The notes under the pieces: generated by a model
Seen by the model: only the letters and a program-made list of their open reading frames with translations
Databases searched by the model: none
What the model was told of the DNA's origin: nothing
Translations under genes and position numbers: made by a program
Origin: Macrostomum lignano
Lineage: Eukaryota
Length of the DNA stretch: 64,000 nucleotides
Assembly (NCBI GenBank): GCA_002269645.1
Contig: NIVC01000773.1
Coordinates: 62,001-126,000, forward strand
Direction of reading: 5' to 3'
In this document: positions 25,459 through 46,243 of the stretch, piece after piece
Layout of the letters: every line of letters starts with the position of its first letter
Numbering within the stretch: the first letter of the stretch is position 1

Positions 25459-27204
25459 CGAGGGGTGTCCAAAAAGTAGTGATACTTTTGCTCGTATAGC
25501 TTTACTGTATGCTTGAAAATCAGCAAGTTTGGTGTTGTTGGAAAGCGGAACATATCAGCTTTAATTTGACTACAAACATTTAACAAAAACACAACCTATA
25601 ACAAAGTTATGGATAGAAACACACAACAAGGTCGACCATAGAGTTACAATGAATTTGTGCATGGTGCAACAGGTCAAGAAGTTGCGACAGTTAGTACGCC
25701 TCATCATCATCAGGGAGGGAAGCTTTCTCGACATAATTGCCCATCAATTGCACGCACTTCTCCCAGCAATAAAACAAGCAATCAATCGCATCTGCGTAGA
25801 TCTGTCGTGGAATCACATGCAGAAGTACTCTGCGGACTTCCTGTTCCAGATGATCACGGTTGGCATGGACATGGCCCCTCAGGTGGCGCTTCAATTGAGG
25901 GAAAAGGGCAAAATCCGCAGGTGCCAGATCTGGCGAATATGGCGGATGAGGCAGAAGGTCAAACTTTAGCTTTTTGATGGCCTCCATTGTTTGGCGGGCA
26001 GTATGCGGCCGGGCGTTGTCATGATGCAAGATGACTGGCTTGACTCCTGAGCGCCGCTTGTTTTGGATGTCTGCCTTCAGGCTTGCAAGGAGAGATGAAT
26101 AACGGTCTGCGTTGATCGTCGTATTCGGCTCCAGGAAGTCAATGGTAATTGGGCCATTACAGTCAAAGAAAACTGACAGCATGATTTTCTTACAGTGAGT
26201 TTCACGGCGAGCCTTGAGTGGTAGGTCGGAACCCTTGAGTGCCCACACTTTAGACTCTTGCTTTATCGACGGGTCAAAATGTGGAACCCACGTCTCGTCG
26301 CCAGTAACAATCAACTGGCGGAACTGATTCCAGCCACCGCGTTGACTCACCAGATTCAGGTTGCTTTGGCATGTCTGCTGGCACTGCAGTCGCATATCAG
26401 CAGTGAGGAGCTTCGGGACCCAGCGGGTGCTCAGCTTAGCGAAGTTCATGTTGGTCAGGCAGAGATGGACCGTTGATCGTGGGGTGTCGAGTCTGTCAGC
26501 AATCTCACGAATTGTTAATCTGCAGTCTTCTTCCAGAAGATCAAGAATCCGGTCAGCCAAAGCCTTTGAGCTTGGTGCGGATGGCCTTCCTGACCTTGGC
26601 AAGTCAGCCAAATTTGTTCTTCCTGACTCAAATTGCTCGACCCATCAGTACACCGTCATGCGACTTACTGCTTTGGCTCCATGAATGCTGCACAGATGAT
26701 GGTAAATCTCCTGTCTACTTTTTCCGATACTCCATAGGGTGTGAATTGCGTGTCGCTGTCCTTCCTTTGAGTGCACGTCCATAACTGTCGGCTGAACAAA
26801 ATCTGGTCTTGAAAAAGCAAGCGCTTGAGAAAGAAGAATGAAGCAAGCTGGCAGTGCAAAGAAGACTTAGCCATAATTTTACCACAGACAAAACAGCACC
26901 ACTCGAACGCTTATAAAATGCTCATAACAGAGAATATTGAGCGCTCGATATTCTCTGGCTGCTCGATATTCTCCGGCTCGTAAAAACTCAGCAAGATCTA
27001 CCATACAGTTTTTTTGTAAGTCTATGGGCCATCCTTGCTCAAATAGACAGTGATAACTTTTTTTAAAAACAACATACGAGGTTGATTTTTCAGTCAAATT
27101 AAAGCTGATATTTTCCGCTTTCCAACAACACAAAACTTTCTGATTTTCAAGCATGCAGTAAAGCTATACGAGCAAAAGTATCACTACTTTTTGGACACCC
27201 CTCG
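25459..27204 (-). mobile_element. mariner (DD34D) DNA transposon, 1746 bp
   Basis: TA at both flanks; TIRs begin cgaggggtgtccaaaaagtagtgatac and stay nearly complementary for about 110 bp; transposase ORF inside. Confidence 0.97.
25691..26782 (-). pseudogene. mariner transposase interrupted by one in-frame TGA (codon 46, 26645-26647)
   Basis: ATG at 26782 gives MDVHSKEGQRHAIH...TVY*WVEQFESGRTNL, in frame with ORF 25691..26611. Motifs PRSGRP, WVPK-L, VTGDETW, HHDNARPH and YSPDLAPADF; 34 residues between the second and third D. Confidence 0.95.
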
Positions 27205-27962
27205 TATATATTATATTGCTGTGTTGGTGCGGGCTTTTACCATAAAGCCTAAGGCTAGATATCAGAGCATAGAGGTGCAGGCTTATTGTATTGCATTGAT
27301 TAAATGTGAGTATAAGATTAAGCATAAACACCAAAATGAACATTGCTTTTATCCCTCAAGCATAAGGACTACTAATAGTAATGTGCATTATTAGTTAGCT
27401 TCTAGGTGCAACATTAATTTGTTATTACATACCTTAGAGTTCCACTTCCATGCCAATACCAGACAGATCCAGGTCACCTTTGGCTAGCACTTTCGGATGG
27501 CACAAGCTTGGTTCAAACAGCTGGCTGCCTTGTAGTTCAGGCTGAGTTGCGGCTTTCTGTTCTGAGCAGGCTGATTGGCTGGGTCTACTTCACTATGTCA
27601 CTCAACTCATAGGGCAGCATTGGCTGCTTAGTTTGGTGCGGCAGCTCCTGCAGTCAATCTGCCATCATCTAAGAACAAGTTTGTAAATTTATCACATTTC
27701 TTAATCAAGTGAGAATCTAGTGAAAATAGGGATGATTTTAAATAGAATAAATTGACAAAAGGCTCATTCATACTACTATCAAACAATATATTAGGCCCTA
27801 ACTCAATTAAAAAATATATAAAGACATAAACTTTAAGGGCAAAACTTCTTAAGAAATTAGGATTAATTATAGTGAAAGTAAGTGAGCCTTTATAAAACAG
27901 GTTAACAAATTCCTTGGATAACATTTTGCACTGTCACAAATTATAGTCTAAGGGTTATATTG

Positions 27963-29476
27963 TCAAATATGCCATTGTTGAAAACAAGCTTCCAAATAGA
28001 GCCTTGGTTCTCCTGGTCACTTAAGGCAATAGTAGATTGTATACTTGTTGCTTCTAGCTTAGTAGCAGATGTGATAACACTTTGTTGGTCTTGGCTAGCT
28101 ATCTTATTGTGCAATCTTTTAGAAAATGTCTATAGATTGACAGGAATAGTTGCCTAAGCAGCCTTAGTTGCCTAAGTTGCTAATCACTTCTTGGTCATTT
28201 CAGTGTGCTCTACCAATTCCTAAATGTTGGCCTCTGGAAACTTAGTGAACATTCTTTGTCTACTGCACTCTTGTACAATATCCAAGCATTATAAAGCTTT
28301 AGAAACTACTTTTTTATTTTCTTACCTGGCAGATGGGGCTGCATATGACTATGTAATCTGTAAATGTTATCTATGCACCAATTGTAGGAAAGTGTTGACC
28401 TACTTTTTTGTACTATTGCTTCTACTCCTTAAATTTTTTTGGGTCTAAACCTTCTTAGCCACCTCTTTTATGTCTAGCAAATATAGTGTCTTCATTCTAT
28501 ATCTTTTCATTTTTATAGCCAATGCATCATCTTTGTGCATGAAGGCAATGCTGTTATGTTAGGTGGCACATAAGGCTATCTAAACTCAACTGGCACTGGC
28601 ACACTTTAAAATTCCTTGAGTCAGCATGTATTTCAACAGTAGATAGGATCTGAACCACTTGTTAACTAAGATGTGGTAGCCTTGGTTTAGCAGATAGTAG
28701 CAGAGCTTGACTAAAACCTTGCAATGGTTCATCAAACTGGTAGTTCTACTGTAGGGTTGATTAAACATAAAAGTTATATAAGTGGCCCCTTGCTACCCCA
28801 CATGCAAAGTACAACTTTGTGCCATACATTAACTTTGTCTCTTGTATAGCACTAAAGAGTTGTCTATGCTCATGTCCTCCTCAGGCTTATACACATTACT
28901 TGTAATGAAAGCATCTGTCTATGTTTGTAGCAATTGGCAAATCTAAGAAGGTGATTTGTTAATGGCCAGATCTTTGGCATAGTCAAAAACAGAGCAGACA
29001 CAGAAGCTGTTTGAAGCAGTTATGAGAGAAAGCTTCAGCTGCTTAAAATTAAGGTGTTGTGTAATAGTTGCCTGTGTTCCAATACTCATTAATTTAGTAA
29101 TCTTGTCAGAGACTATGTAGAGATGCATTCCTAGGGCTTTCTTTATCTGATTTGCACTGCAGTCTCTCCATTGCCCAAAACTCACAGGTAGGTCCTCAGC
29201 ATTGACTGAGTGAATTGCTGCTTATTGGTCCACTTTGCAAGGTCTTCAGAGGCTTATCTAGCAAAATAGCCTAGAAATAAGGCAGTACTTGCTCAACAGT
29301 TTTGAACTGTAATTCCTGGATTCAGTCCAGGTATCCCTAGAAATTTGTTTATAGTCTTCAGCACATCTTGACCAGCAACTTCAGCATTCTAGGAAAGCTT
29401 GTCTATCTCTCTCTTCATCAGGTGTAATTATGCCAGAAATCGATTGACTGTCTGTTTCATCCAGCAATGGTGCCAT
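27963..29476 (-). pseudogene. Decayed piggyBac (PGBD-like) transposase
   Basis: Colinear minus-strand motifs across stops and frameshifts: QWRDCSANQIKKALGMHL, INEYWNTGNYYTTP, NCFKQLLCLLCF, VYKPEEDMSIDNSLVLYKR, NQGYHILVNKWFRS..L..QGI, NAWILYK, TIYYCLK*PGEPRLYLEACFQQWH. These match recalled piggyBac motifs (SIDES, GYH..DNFF, NAWILY, terminal Cys-rich CF..YH). Confidence 0.8.
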
Positions 29477-29925
29477 AGTTTTGAGTAGTAGATACTTTAA
29501 GAAGACTTGTTTCAGTTGCAAAAAATATCTAAGTTAATTTATGAAGGCTTTGATTTTAGATTTTTTCCCTAGGCTATGCATTTTTAGCAGACTAAGGTGG
29601 CATAGTCATAGACTGGGAAAGCTATCCTTCTTAAGTGGAATATATTTTTATTTATCAAAAAGTGGTACTCACCTTTCAAAGGATACCAGCTGCCATATCG
29701 ATTCAAATTCTAGAATTTCAGGTATACAATTTCCTCTACCAAGTAATACTTATGTATTGTGTATGTTTTTTATTCAATTTGTGACATACCTTGGGACATG
29801 TTTTATAGTATAATCTATCCAATATTAACTTTTCAGATTCTAACCTGACACATTCAATATTTAGCTTTAAAAGCTTTCTTAACGTGTTGTTTAAAACTTT
29901 GAAAAATTGAATTTCGACACTATCT

Positions 29926-39635
<9,710 letters not shown>

Positions 39636-40059
39636 GGTTCGAGTCTGAGCACTGCTCATGCTTTGAGAGTCCACTGCCTTAGCCCCAACCCCTGTCTGTT
39701 GATCGGCTCACTTCACTTTCACTGATATATATAAAAGTTGTTTTTTAAAAACAATGAAAATTGAAGCAATGTAAGCTTTATATTATAATATTCGGTTTCG
39801 TATGAAGGCTTACTAAGTCAAGTTAATGAAGGCCTTAGTTTAATTTGTAAAAAGTGCCTGTTTATTGCTGTGCTGTGTCTGCGAGAGATCAGATATTAGA
39901 CTGACTCTACATGTATGCTATATTTTATTACAGGTTCAATGCGCACTATGCAGCCTGCCATTTATAGAATATACCCGGAGTCCGTATTGATGTAGTCCTA
40001 TACTCAGTTGAGGTTTGTTGAACTCCCTATGCATGTAGTCATGACCTGCATAGCTGGTT

Positions 40060-40430
40060 AGATCTTCCCCTCTCGCCTTTCCCACTCGCCTTCTCTCCCT
40101 CTCGCCCTCTTCCCCTCTCGCTGTCTCCCTTCTCGCCTTCTTCGCCTTCGCCTCTCGCCTTCTCCGCCTCTCGCCTTCTCCCCTCTCGCCTTTTCCCTTT
40201 CACGCCATCTTCCCCTCTCACCATCTCCCTCTCGCCCTCTCCCATCTAGCTTTCTTCCCCTCTCGCCCTCTTCCCCTCTCGCCCTCTTCCCCTCTCGCCC
40301 TCTTCCCCTCTCGCCCTCTTCCCCTCTCGCCCTCTTCCCCTCTCGCCCTCTTCCCCTCTCGCCCTCTTCCCCTCTCGCCCTCTTCCCCTCTCGCCCTCTT
40401 CCCCTCTCGCCCTCTTCCCATCTCTTCATA
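40060..40430. repeat. 16-bp pyrimidine repeat (cccctctcgccctctt)
   Basis: Direct tandem repeats. Confidence 0.9.
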
Positions 40431-40682
40431 TCATTTCCCTCCGAGCCCATTAAAACCAGCATTCACCTACTATGACTAATTCAGTATAATTGCATATTAC
40501 TAATTGTCAATTGCTATCTACAGAACTGCTTTCACAACAAATTTGGTCTGCCTGCTATTATTTATCAAATTACGTACCAGTGTCTTTGACTTACTTGACT
40601 TAGCTGCAGGGCTGTCCCGGAGGGGACACAGCGGGAAGGCGCGGGCGCCCATTCCGCTAGTCCCTGAACGGCCGACGCGTCG

Positions 40683-43600
40683 CTATGGACGGAGGGTTGG
40701 CGCCGCCCAGGGAGGTCCCCCAGTGTCGCCAGCAGCTATGGTGCTCTCTGGAAAGGAGAGTTCAGCCCTGCGGGTGGCCCGAAGGTAGCGCATGAGCTGA
40801 TTAAAGTTTTCGGGTTTGCACGCTTCAGTAATAGATGTGTGTGGCCCGAGGTAAGTGAGTCTGGCCCGCGTGAAGGCGGGACAGATGCTGACGAAATGCT
40901 CAGCGGTTTCGTCACCTGAGTTGCAGAAACTACAGGTGGCGTTGGTGGCGTTGCCCTGCAGGTACTGGTGCCTGGAGAAGCAGCCGTGACCAGAGAGGGT
41001 CATGGTGGCAGCCCGGATGTCTCTGCGCGAGAGGCGCAAGAGGAGCTTCCGGAGCTGGTGAGAGGGCTGAGGGACAGCGCCTCTGGATTGCCTGCAGTTC
41101 GTGCGGTTCGCCCAAGTCGAGCGGTGCTGAGTCCTGATCCACGCTTTGATGCGCGAGTCGATGACACAGCCAGGAATCGGGACAAGAGGTTCGGGGCCGA
41201 GAGAGGAGCCGGAGGCACCAACTTTTGCAAGGGTGTCAGCCAACTCATTTCCTCGGATCCCCACATGCCCCGGAACCCACTTAAGGGTAATTTTGTTGGC
41301 GGAACCCAACACATTGAGGAGTTTGATACAGTCAAGGACTGTAGCAGAGTTGGTGCTGCAGCCACTGATGGCGTGCAAGGCAGCTTGGCTGTCCGAATGG
41401 AAAATGATGTTCTTACCAGTAACGCCAGTGGCGAGAAGCTCTGCAGTGCAGGAGCTGATGGCCAGAACTTCATTTTGGAAAACACTGGAGTTGACCCCAG
41501 TGTATTGAGCGTGGGTAGCGATGACCCTCCCGTTCAGAAAGATTCCAACACCAAAGCCGGTGTTGGCTGACTGCTTAGAACCGTCGGTGTAGCAATGAAG
41601 CTCACCAGGGTTCCAATGGTCATTGATGTTATCGCGCGAGTCGATAGCTACGGAGTAGCGCTGTCTCAGGTTGAGCGTTGAGGCAATGCCATCGGTGAAG
41701 ACGCGATTGGCCTGACACTCGTTGAGAAAGTTGAGGCACAGATCGCTATGCGGGACAAGGTTCCGCTTAGCAGGTGCTCTCATGTAAATGAATTTGACGC
41801 CGGCATCAATTAGACGCCGCGTCGTTCTAGCCGCCTCACCCCTGATGAAGAGGTCAAGAGGCGGAAGATTAAGAAAGGCCCCCATGCCAGCAAAGGGCGT
41901 GGACCTGGTGGCGTTGCAGATGAGCCTACACGCTCTGCCTTGGATCGTGTTGAGCAGGTCTGCATGGCTTTTGACCTGGGTAGCGCTAACCCAGACAACA
42001 GAGGCGTACGTAATGGCAGGTCTAACTACGGAAGTATAGATCCACCAAAGCCGCTTTGGGGATAGACCCCAAGAAGTGCCAAGTGCTCGTCGGAGCTGGG
42101 CCAGGATGGCTGAGGCACGCTTAGCTTTTGCTTTCACGTGGAAGGACCAGTTGAGCCGGTGGTCAAGTGTGACCCCGAGACATCTGGTCTGGTGCGCGAA
42201 GGCAATATCTCTGCCGTAGAGCTGCAGAGGACGTATGTTCCAGCGTAGTCTGCTGGTAAACATAATGGCAACGGTTTTGGGCTCAGAGAGTTCCAAACCA
42301 TTGTCATTGGCCCAGGATTCTGCTTTGCGGATAAAGCTCTGCATCAGATCCCTGAGCGTGCTGGGAGACGGTCCTGCCACAATGGCCGTGACGTCATCAG
42401 CATACCCGACTTTGAAGACGGGGTCAGGTCGGGAGTCACTCAGAAGAGCGTCCATGACCAGGTTCCAGAGCGTCGGGGTGAGGACTCCGCCTTGGGGTCC
42501 ACCCTTACAGACTCTGGTGGAGGCAGTTTGCCCAAGAAGTTGGGCAGTGACCGTACGGTTGGAGATCATGTACATGATCCACCGTATGAGGGTAGCATGA
42601 GCTTTGCGATTTTGAAGGGCCCTCTGAAACGCTTCAAAGATAACGTTGTCGAAGGCGCCAACAATGTCAAGAAAGAGAGCCAGGGCGTAACCGTCACCCA
42701 GTACCGCCCGTTTAATCTTTTCGACAATCGCATGCAGGGAGCTGTCAGTCGACCTCCCGGTACGGAAGGCGTGCTGATTATTGCTGAGGGGCATCGCTGT
42801 CAGCTCGCAGGAGAGCAGCCGCCAGAGAATAAGCCTCTCAGTGAGCTTAAGCATTGCTGACGTTAAGCTAATTGGCCGGAAGGCCTTGACGCTTTGGTAG
42901 TCACCCTTCCCAGGTTTGGGAATAAAGACTACTCGAGCTTCAGTCCAGCTTTTGGGAACGTATCCCAGCTGGATAGAGGCCCGCATAAGATTGCGGGTGA
43001 GTCTCAGGAACGAGGGTATCTTGGCTGCTTCACGAAGGAGAACAGGGTAGATACCATCAGGTCCAGGAGATTTGAAGGGTTTGAAGGTTCTGACCGCACG
43101 AGCGATTAGGTCTTCAGTGACAATGCCCGCCGCTAGGGTGGCTCCATCCATCGAATGGTTGGGCTCCGGTCTAGCAGTAGGTACCCTCGGGAAGAATGTG
43201 CTAAGCATATGCTGAAGCACTTCTTCAGGGTCTTTAGTAAGAGAGCCATCATCTTTTTTGATCATGGCTAATTTGGACATTTTGTCCATTGTAAGGGCCT
43301 TGACAAGCCTAGAAGTAGGTCTGTCTTGATCCAATTCATTGCAGAATTGGCGCCACTTACATTCCTTGGCCTTGCGCACTTCAGATTTGAAATTGCGGGA
43401 GGCTTGCCGGAAAAGCTCCATGTCCTCCGGGTTTCCGGTCTTCATGGCACGGCGATGAAGGCTTTTGGCCTTCCGCCTGAGTTTCCCCAGCTCCGGGTTC
43501 CACCACGGCGCCGAGGTCTTGCCTCTGTAGGCGCGAGCAGGACAAGCCGCTTCGTAGGCTGCAATAATGCAACCTGTCAGCGTCTCAGCCATATGATCCA

Positions 43601-44423
43601 CATCCTCGCAGGTCTCAATCGGACGTAAGTCCGTGAGTTCCTGCAGGTGCAGATCAAGGGCAGCCTTGTAGGCCGCCCAATCAGTGTTGCGGATATTGCG
43701 TCTCCAAGTGATCGGAGACTGGGTTTTAGTGTCCGCGATATTAAAGGCGATAAAGCAGTGGTCAGACAGGGAGGGCTCCTCAGACCAGACTCTCCACTCC
43801 TTGACTCTGTCAAAGAGTCTTGGGGTAACGAGTGTGGCGTCGAGGACCTCGGTCCATCTGCCATTATTAAAGGTAGGAGTGCTGCCGCGGTTGCAGAGCA
43901 TGAGGTTTGTGTTAGAGATGAGGGCCAGAAGCTCCTCTCCTCTAGTGTTGGTATCTTTGCTGCCCCAGTGCTTGTGGTGCGCGTTGAGGTCGCCCCCTAA
44001 GCACAGCTCAGCGTTCTGGGACTCGCAGTACTGCGCAAGGCGCAGTAAACTCTCGGGAGCAGGGTCTCTGTCGCCTGGGATATAAACCGAGGCAACAAGA
44101 CACGTACGCGGAGAGAAATGATTAGATTGGATGACGCAAAGGTCTCCATCAGAGAGATCAGTCCTCAGCCAAGCCTGGAGATGGCTAGCAGCGAGGATAG
44201 CCGCTCTAGGGCGGCTGTTCCCCGGGCCACACACATAAAAATCAGAGTAGCCAGAGGGAATGTTGGGCAACTTACCGTTGCGCATCCAGGGTTCCTGGAT
44301 CAGGATGAGGCCTGGCCTGTACAGCTCAGCAATCTTCATCAGATTTACTGACGCAGATACGCAATGCTGTAAATTTATTTGCAGACAGAATGTCGCTCCT
44401 TTGGCAGCGTGGAGCTTAGTCAT
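40683..44423 (-). CDS. LINE ORF2: APE endonuclease, reverse transcriptase, RNase H and C-terminal Cys/His knuckle, 1246 aa
   Basis: APE: LQINL, IQEPW, GGDLNAHH, LSDH. RT: FRPISL, QHAFR, GGPQGG, YADD. RNase H: YTDGSK, NEVLAI, SDSQAAL, WVPGHVGIRGNELAD. Knuckle: CSFC...H...C. Confidence 0.98.
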   Translation of the reverse strand: MTKLHAAKGATFCLQINLQHCVSASVNLMKIAELYRPGLILIQEPWMRNGKLPNIPSGYSDFYVCGPGNSRPRAAILAASHLQAWLRTDLSDGDLCVIQSNHFSPRTCLVASVYIPGDRDPAPESLLRLAQYCESQNAELCLGGDLNAHHKHWGSKDTNTRGEELLALISNTNLMLCNRGSTPTFNNGRWTEVLDATLVTPRLFDRVKEWRVWSEEPSLSDHCFIAFNIADTKTQSPITWRRNIRNTDWAAYKAALDLHLQELTDLRPIETCEDVDHMAETLTGCIIAAYEAACPARAYRGKTSAPWWNPELGKLRRKAKSLHRRAMKTGNPEDMELFRQASRNFKSEVRKAKECKWRQFCNELDQDRPTSRLVKALTMDKMSKLAMIKKDDGSLTKDPEEVLQHMLSTFFPRVPTARPEPNHSMDGATLAAGIVTEDLIARAVRTFKPFKSPGPDGIYPVLLREAAKIPSFLRLTRNLMRASIQLGYVPKSWTEARVVFIPKPGKGDYQSVKAFRPISLTSAMLKLTERLILWRLLSCELTAMPLSNNQHAFRTGRSTDSSLHAIVEKIKRAVLGDGYALALFLDIVGAFDNVIFEAFQRALQNRKAHATLIRWIMYMISNRTVTAQLLGQTASTRVCKGGPQGGVLTPTLWNLVMDALLSDSRPDPVFKVGYADDVTAIVAGPSPSTLRDLMQSFIRKAESWANDNGLELSEPKTVAIMFTSRLRWNIRPLQLYGRDIAFAHQTRCLGVTLDHRLNWSFHVKAKAKRASAILAQLRRALGTSWGLSPKRLWWIYTSVVRPAITYASVVWVSATQVKSHADLLNTIQGRACRLICNATRSTPFAGMGAFLNLPPLDLFIRGEAARTTRRLIDAGVKFIYMRAPAKRNLVPHSDLCLNFLNECQANRVFTDGIASTLNLRQRYSVAIDSRDNINDHWNPGELHCYTDGSKQSANTGFGVGIFLNGRVIATHAQYTGVNSSVFQNEVLAISSCTAELLATGVTGKNIIFHSDSQAALHAISGCSTNSATVLDCIKLLNVLGSANKITLKWVPGHVGIRGNELADTLAKVGASGSSLGPEPLVPIPGCVIDSRIKAWIRTQHRSTWANRTNCRQSRGAVPQPSHQLRKLLLRLSRRDIRAATMTLSGHGCFSRHQYLQGNATNATCSFCNSGDETAEHFVSICPAFTRARLTYLGPHTSITEACKPENFNQLMRYLRATRRAELSFPESTIAAGDTGGPPWAAPTLRP

Positions 44424-44462
44424 ACTGTATTAAATGCAATATCTGGCTAGAGCCCAGGGCCA

Positions 44463-46025
44463 TCAAGGAGACTTGGACAACAGATCGTCCTCGTCCCAGG
44501 CCGCTGGGGCTTGACTGGGAGATGGGAGTTGGTCGACGTCCATGGCCTCCTCACCCCCACCGGCCCCCCCAGCAGAGTCCTCAGGCTCCGATGACAGGAT
44601 GGAGGAAGCTTCCTCACCTGCATCTTTACCTTCAGACCCCACCAAGGTGGCCGAGGAGAGCTCGGATTCCGAAGACCCGGCCTCGTCCTCAACTCCTTCT
44701 CCGACTGGCAGGTTTGGTTCCCGGGGCTCGGCCGGAGCCGTTACCGCGGTCGCCGAACTGCTGCTAGCAGAGGGGCGAGATGCAGCTTTGGCTTTGGGAT
44801 CGGCTTGCGCCTTTCCTTGGGCCTTAGACTGCGCCCCGCTCTTGCCGGAGATGCCGGGGTTGGCAGTAGCCTTCCCTTTGGCAGACTTTCCTCGGCGCAA
44901 CTTGAGCTTGAGGGCACCCAGCTGGAAAGAGGATCCATTAGGGTACCGACTCGCCCAAGTGCTGGAAAGGCCGAGGACAATTGAGTTGCCCGTCTCCCCC
45001 CTGCGGACTTTGCGGTGATACACCAGTCCACTAGCAGGGAGGTCGGGGTTCAGACGCAGTAGGACCCGGCGAATAACGTCTGGTCCAGCTGCGGTGCTCT
45101 TAGCAGGGACGAAAACCACATAGGGTATCGTCTTTGGACGCTGGCCCTCGCGAAGAAAAAGAGCTCCACCAAGGTCAGCATCCAAGGAGACCGTCGGTAG
45201 CCGCTGGAGCAGCCGCCGAGCGTCCTCCTCGCTGCTAGGAGCAATAAGAACGAATGTGCTTCGCAGCACCATCCGCTCAACGCCGATGGAGATTCCCTCC
45301 TCGACAGTCAGCTCAATCAGATAGGAGTCAACAGCACTCCACACTTTTTGAAGCTGATCAGTGGTCCAGTCCTGGTCGCGACCTTGGATGATCACTCCCG
45401 GGATTTTGGCCTTGGCCTTCGCCGCAAAGGTAGCTCCCGAAGGAACCTCCTTGTTGGCAGTGGCCATTTGTTGCGCCGTGGTTTCGGCCTCAGCAGCCGC
45501 GGCAGCAGCTCCAGGGAGCGCCGCCGCTGAACTACTGGAGCTTCCACCGGCCGGCCCGCCTGGTTGCCTTGGGACTCCAGTCGCTTCAGCATCCATGGTG
45601 GACGCCGCCGCTTTGGCCCCCGCAGCTCCCTTCTTGGCCTGCCTTTTGGCGCGTTGTTTAGCGCGTTTGCGCTCAAGCCGAGCCCGCTGAGCTTCATCGG
45701 ATCTGCCAGATTTGGCCGGTCCTTTAGGCTCAGAGCTCGCGGTTCCCTTAGATCCACCAGCGGAGCTGGCAGGTCTTAGGGTATTTTGAGTTTGGTAGCT
45801 CTGGTCGGATCTGCCAGCAGAGCCAGCCGGTCCTTCCTTTGCCACAGTTGAATCAGTCGGTTGGGATCTGCCAGCAGGGCCGGCCGGTCCTTCGGACTGA
45901 GGTTGGGGTTTAGAAGGGTCCCCGTCCCTAGAAATAGCTTGTTTATCCATAGTCGGCTCGAAGGCCATGATAAAAGGTTGGTGGGCTACCCTCAAAGGGG
46001 CGCGGTACCCACCCGGCCGCTCCAC
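44463..46025 (-). CDS. LINE ORF1, low-complexity ends around a central folded domain (DUF4780-like by recall); first ATG at 45968
   Basis: 520-codon open frame ending 39 nt before the ORF2 ATG; no CCHC knuckle visible. Confidence 0.85.
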   Translation of the reverse strand: MERPGGYRAPLRVAHQPFIMAFEPTMDKQAISRDGDPSKPQPQSEGPAGPAGRSQPTDSTVAKEGPAGSAGRSDQSYQTQNTLRPASSAGGSKGTASSEPKGPAKSGRSDEAQRARLERKRAKQRAKRQAKKGAAGAKAAASTMDAEATGVPRQPGGPAGGSSSSSAAALPGAAAAAAEAETTAQQMATANKEVPSGATFAAKAKAKIPGVIIQGRDQDWTTDQLQKVWSAVDSYLIELTVEEGISIGVERMVLRSTFVLIAPSSEEDARRLLQRLPTVSLDADLGGALFLREGQRPKTIPYVVFVPAKSTAAGPDVIRRVLLRLNPDLPASGLVYHRKVRRGETGNSIVLGLSSTWASRYPNGSSFQLGALKLKLRRGKSAKGKATANPGISGKSGAQSKAQGKAQADPKAKAASRPSASSSSATAVTAPAEPREPNLPVGEGVEDEAGSSESELSSATLVGSEGKDAGEEASSILSSEPEDSAGGAGGGEEAMDVDQLPSPSQAPAAWDEDDLLSKSP

Positions 46026-46243
46026 CTGACCGGGCAGTAGGCCAATAGCACCCTCAAGGCTGGCCCGACACCAGGAGGGGGACCGCTTGCGACCGGACTA
46101 CTCCCCGGCCTTCCAGCCCATCGGCACGGTCAACACCTTAGGCATTAGAGAGTACGTTGAGCAGTACCACGGCCTGCAGGTTGGCGAGCCAGACCCGCAT
46201 ACCCAAATTCGGCCGAAGCCACTGGATAGGGTCGCCAGCGCCG

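Noticed and set aside
27963-29476. Ty3/gypsy pol relic (my first impression)
   Set aside because: Colinear piggyBac motifs fit far better, and no RT or integrase motif holds up.
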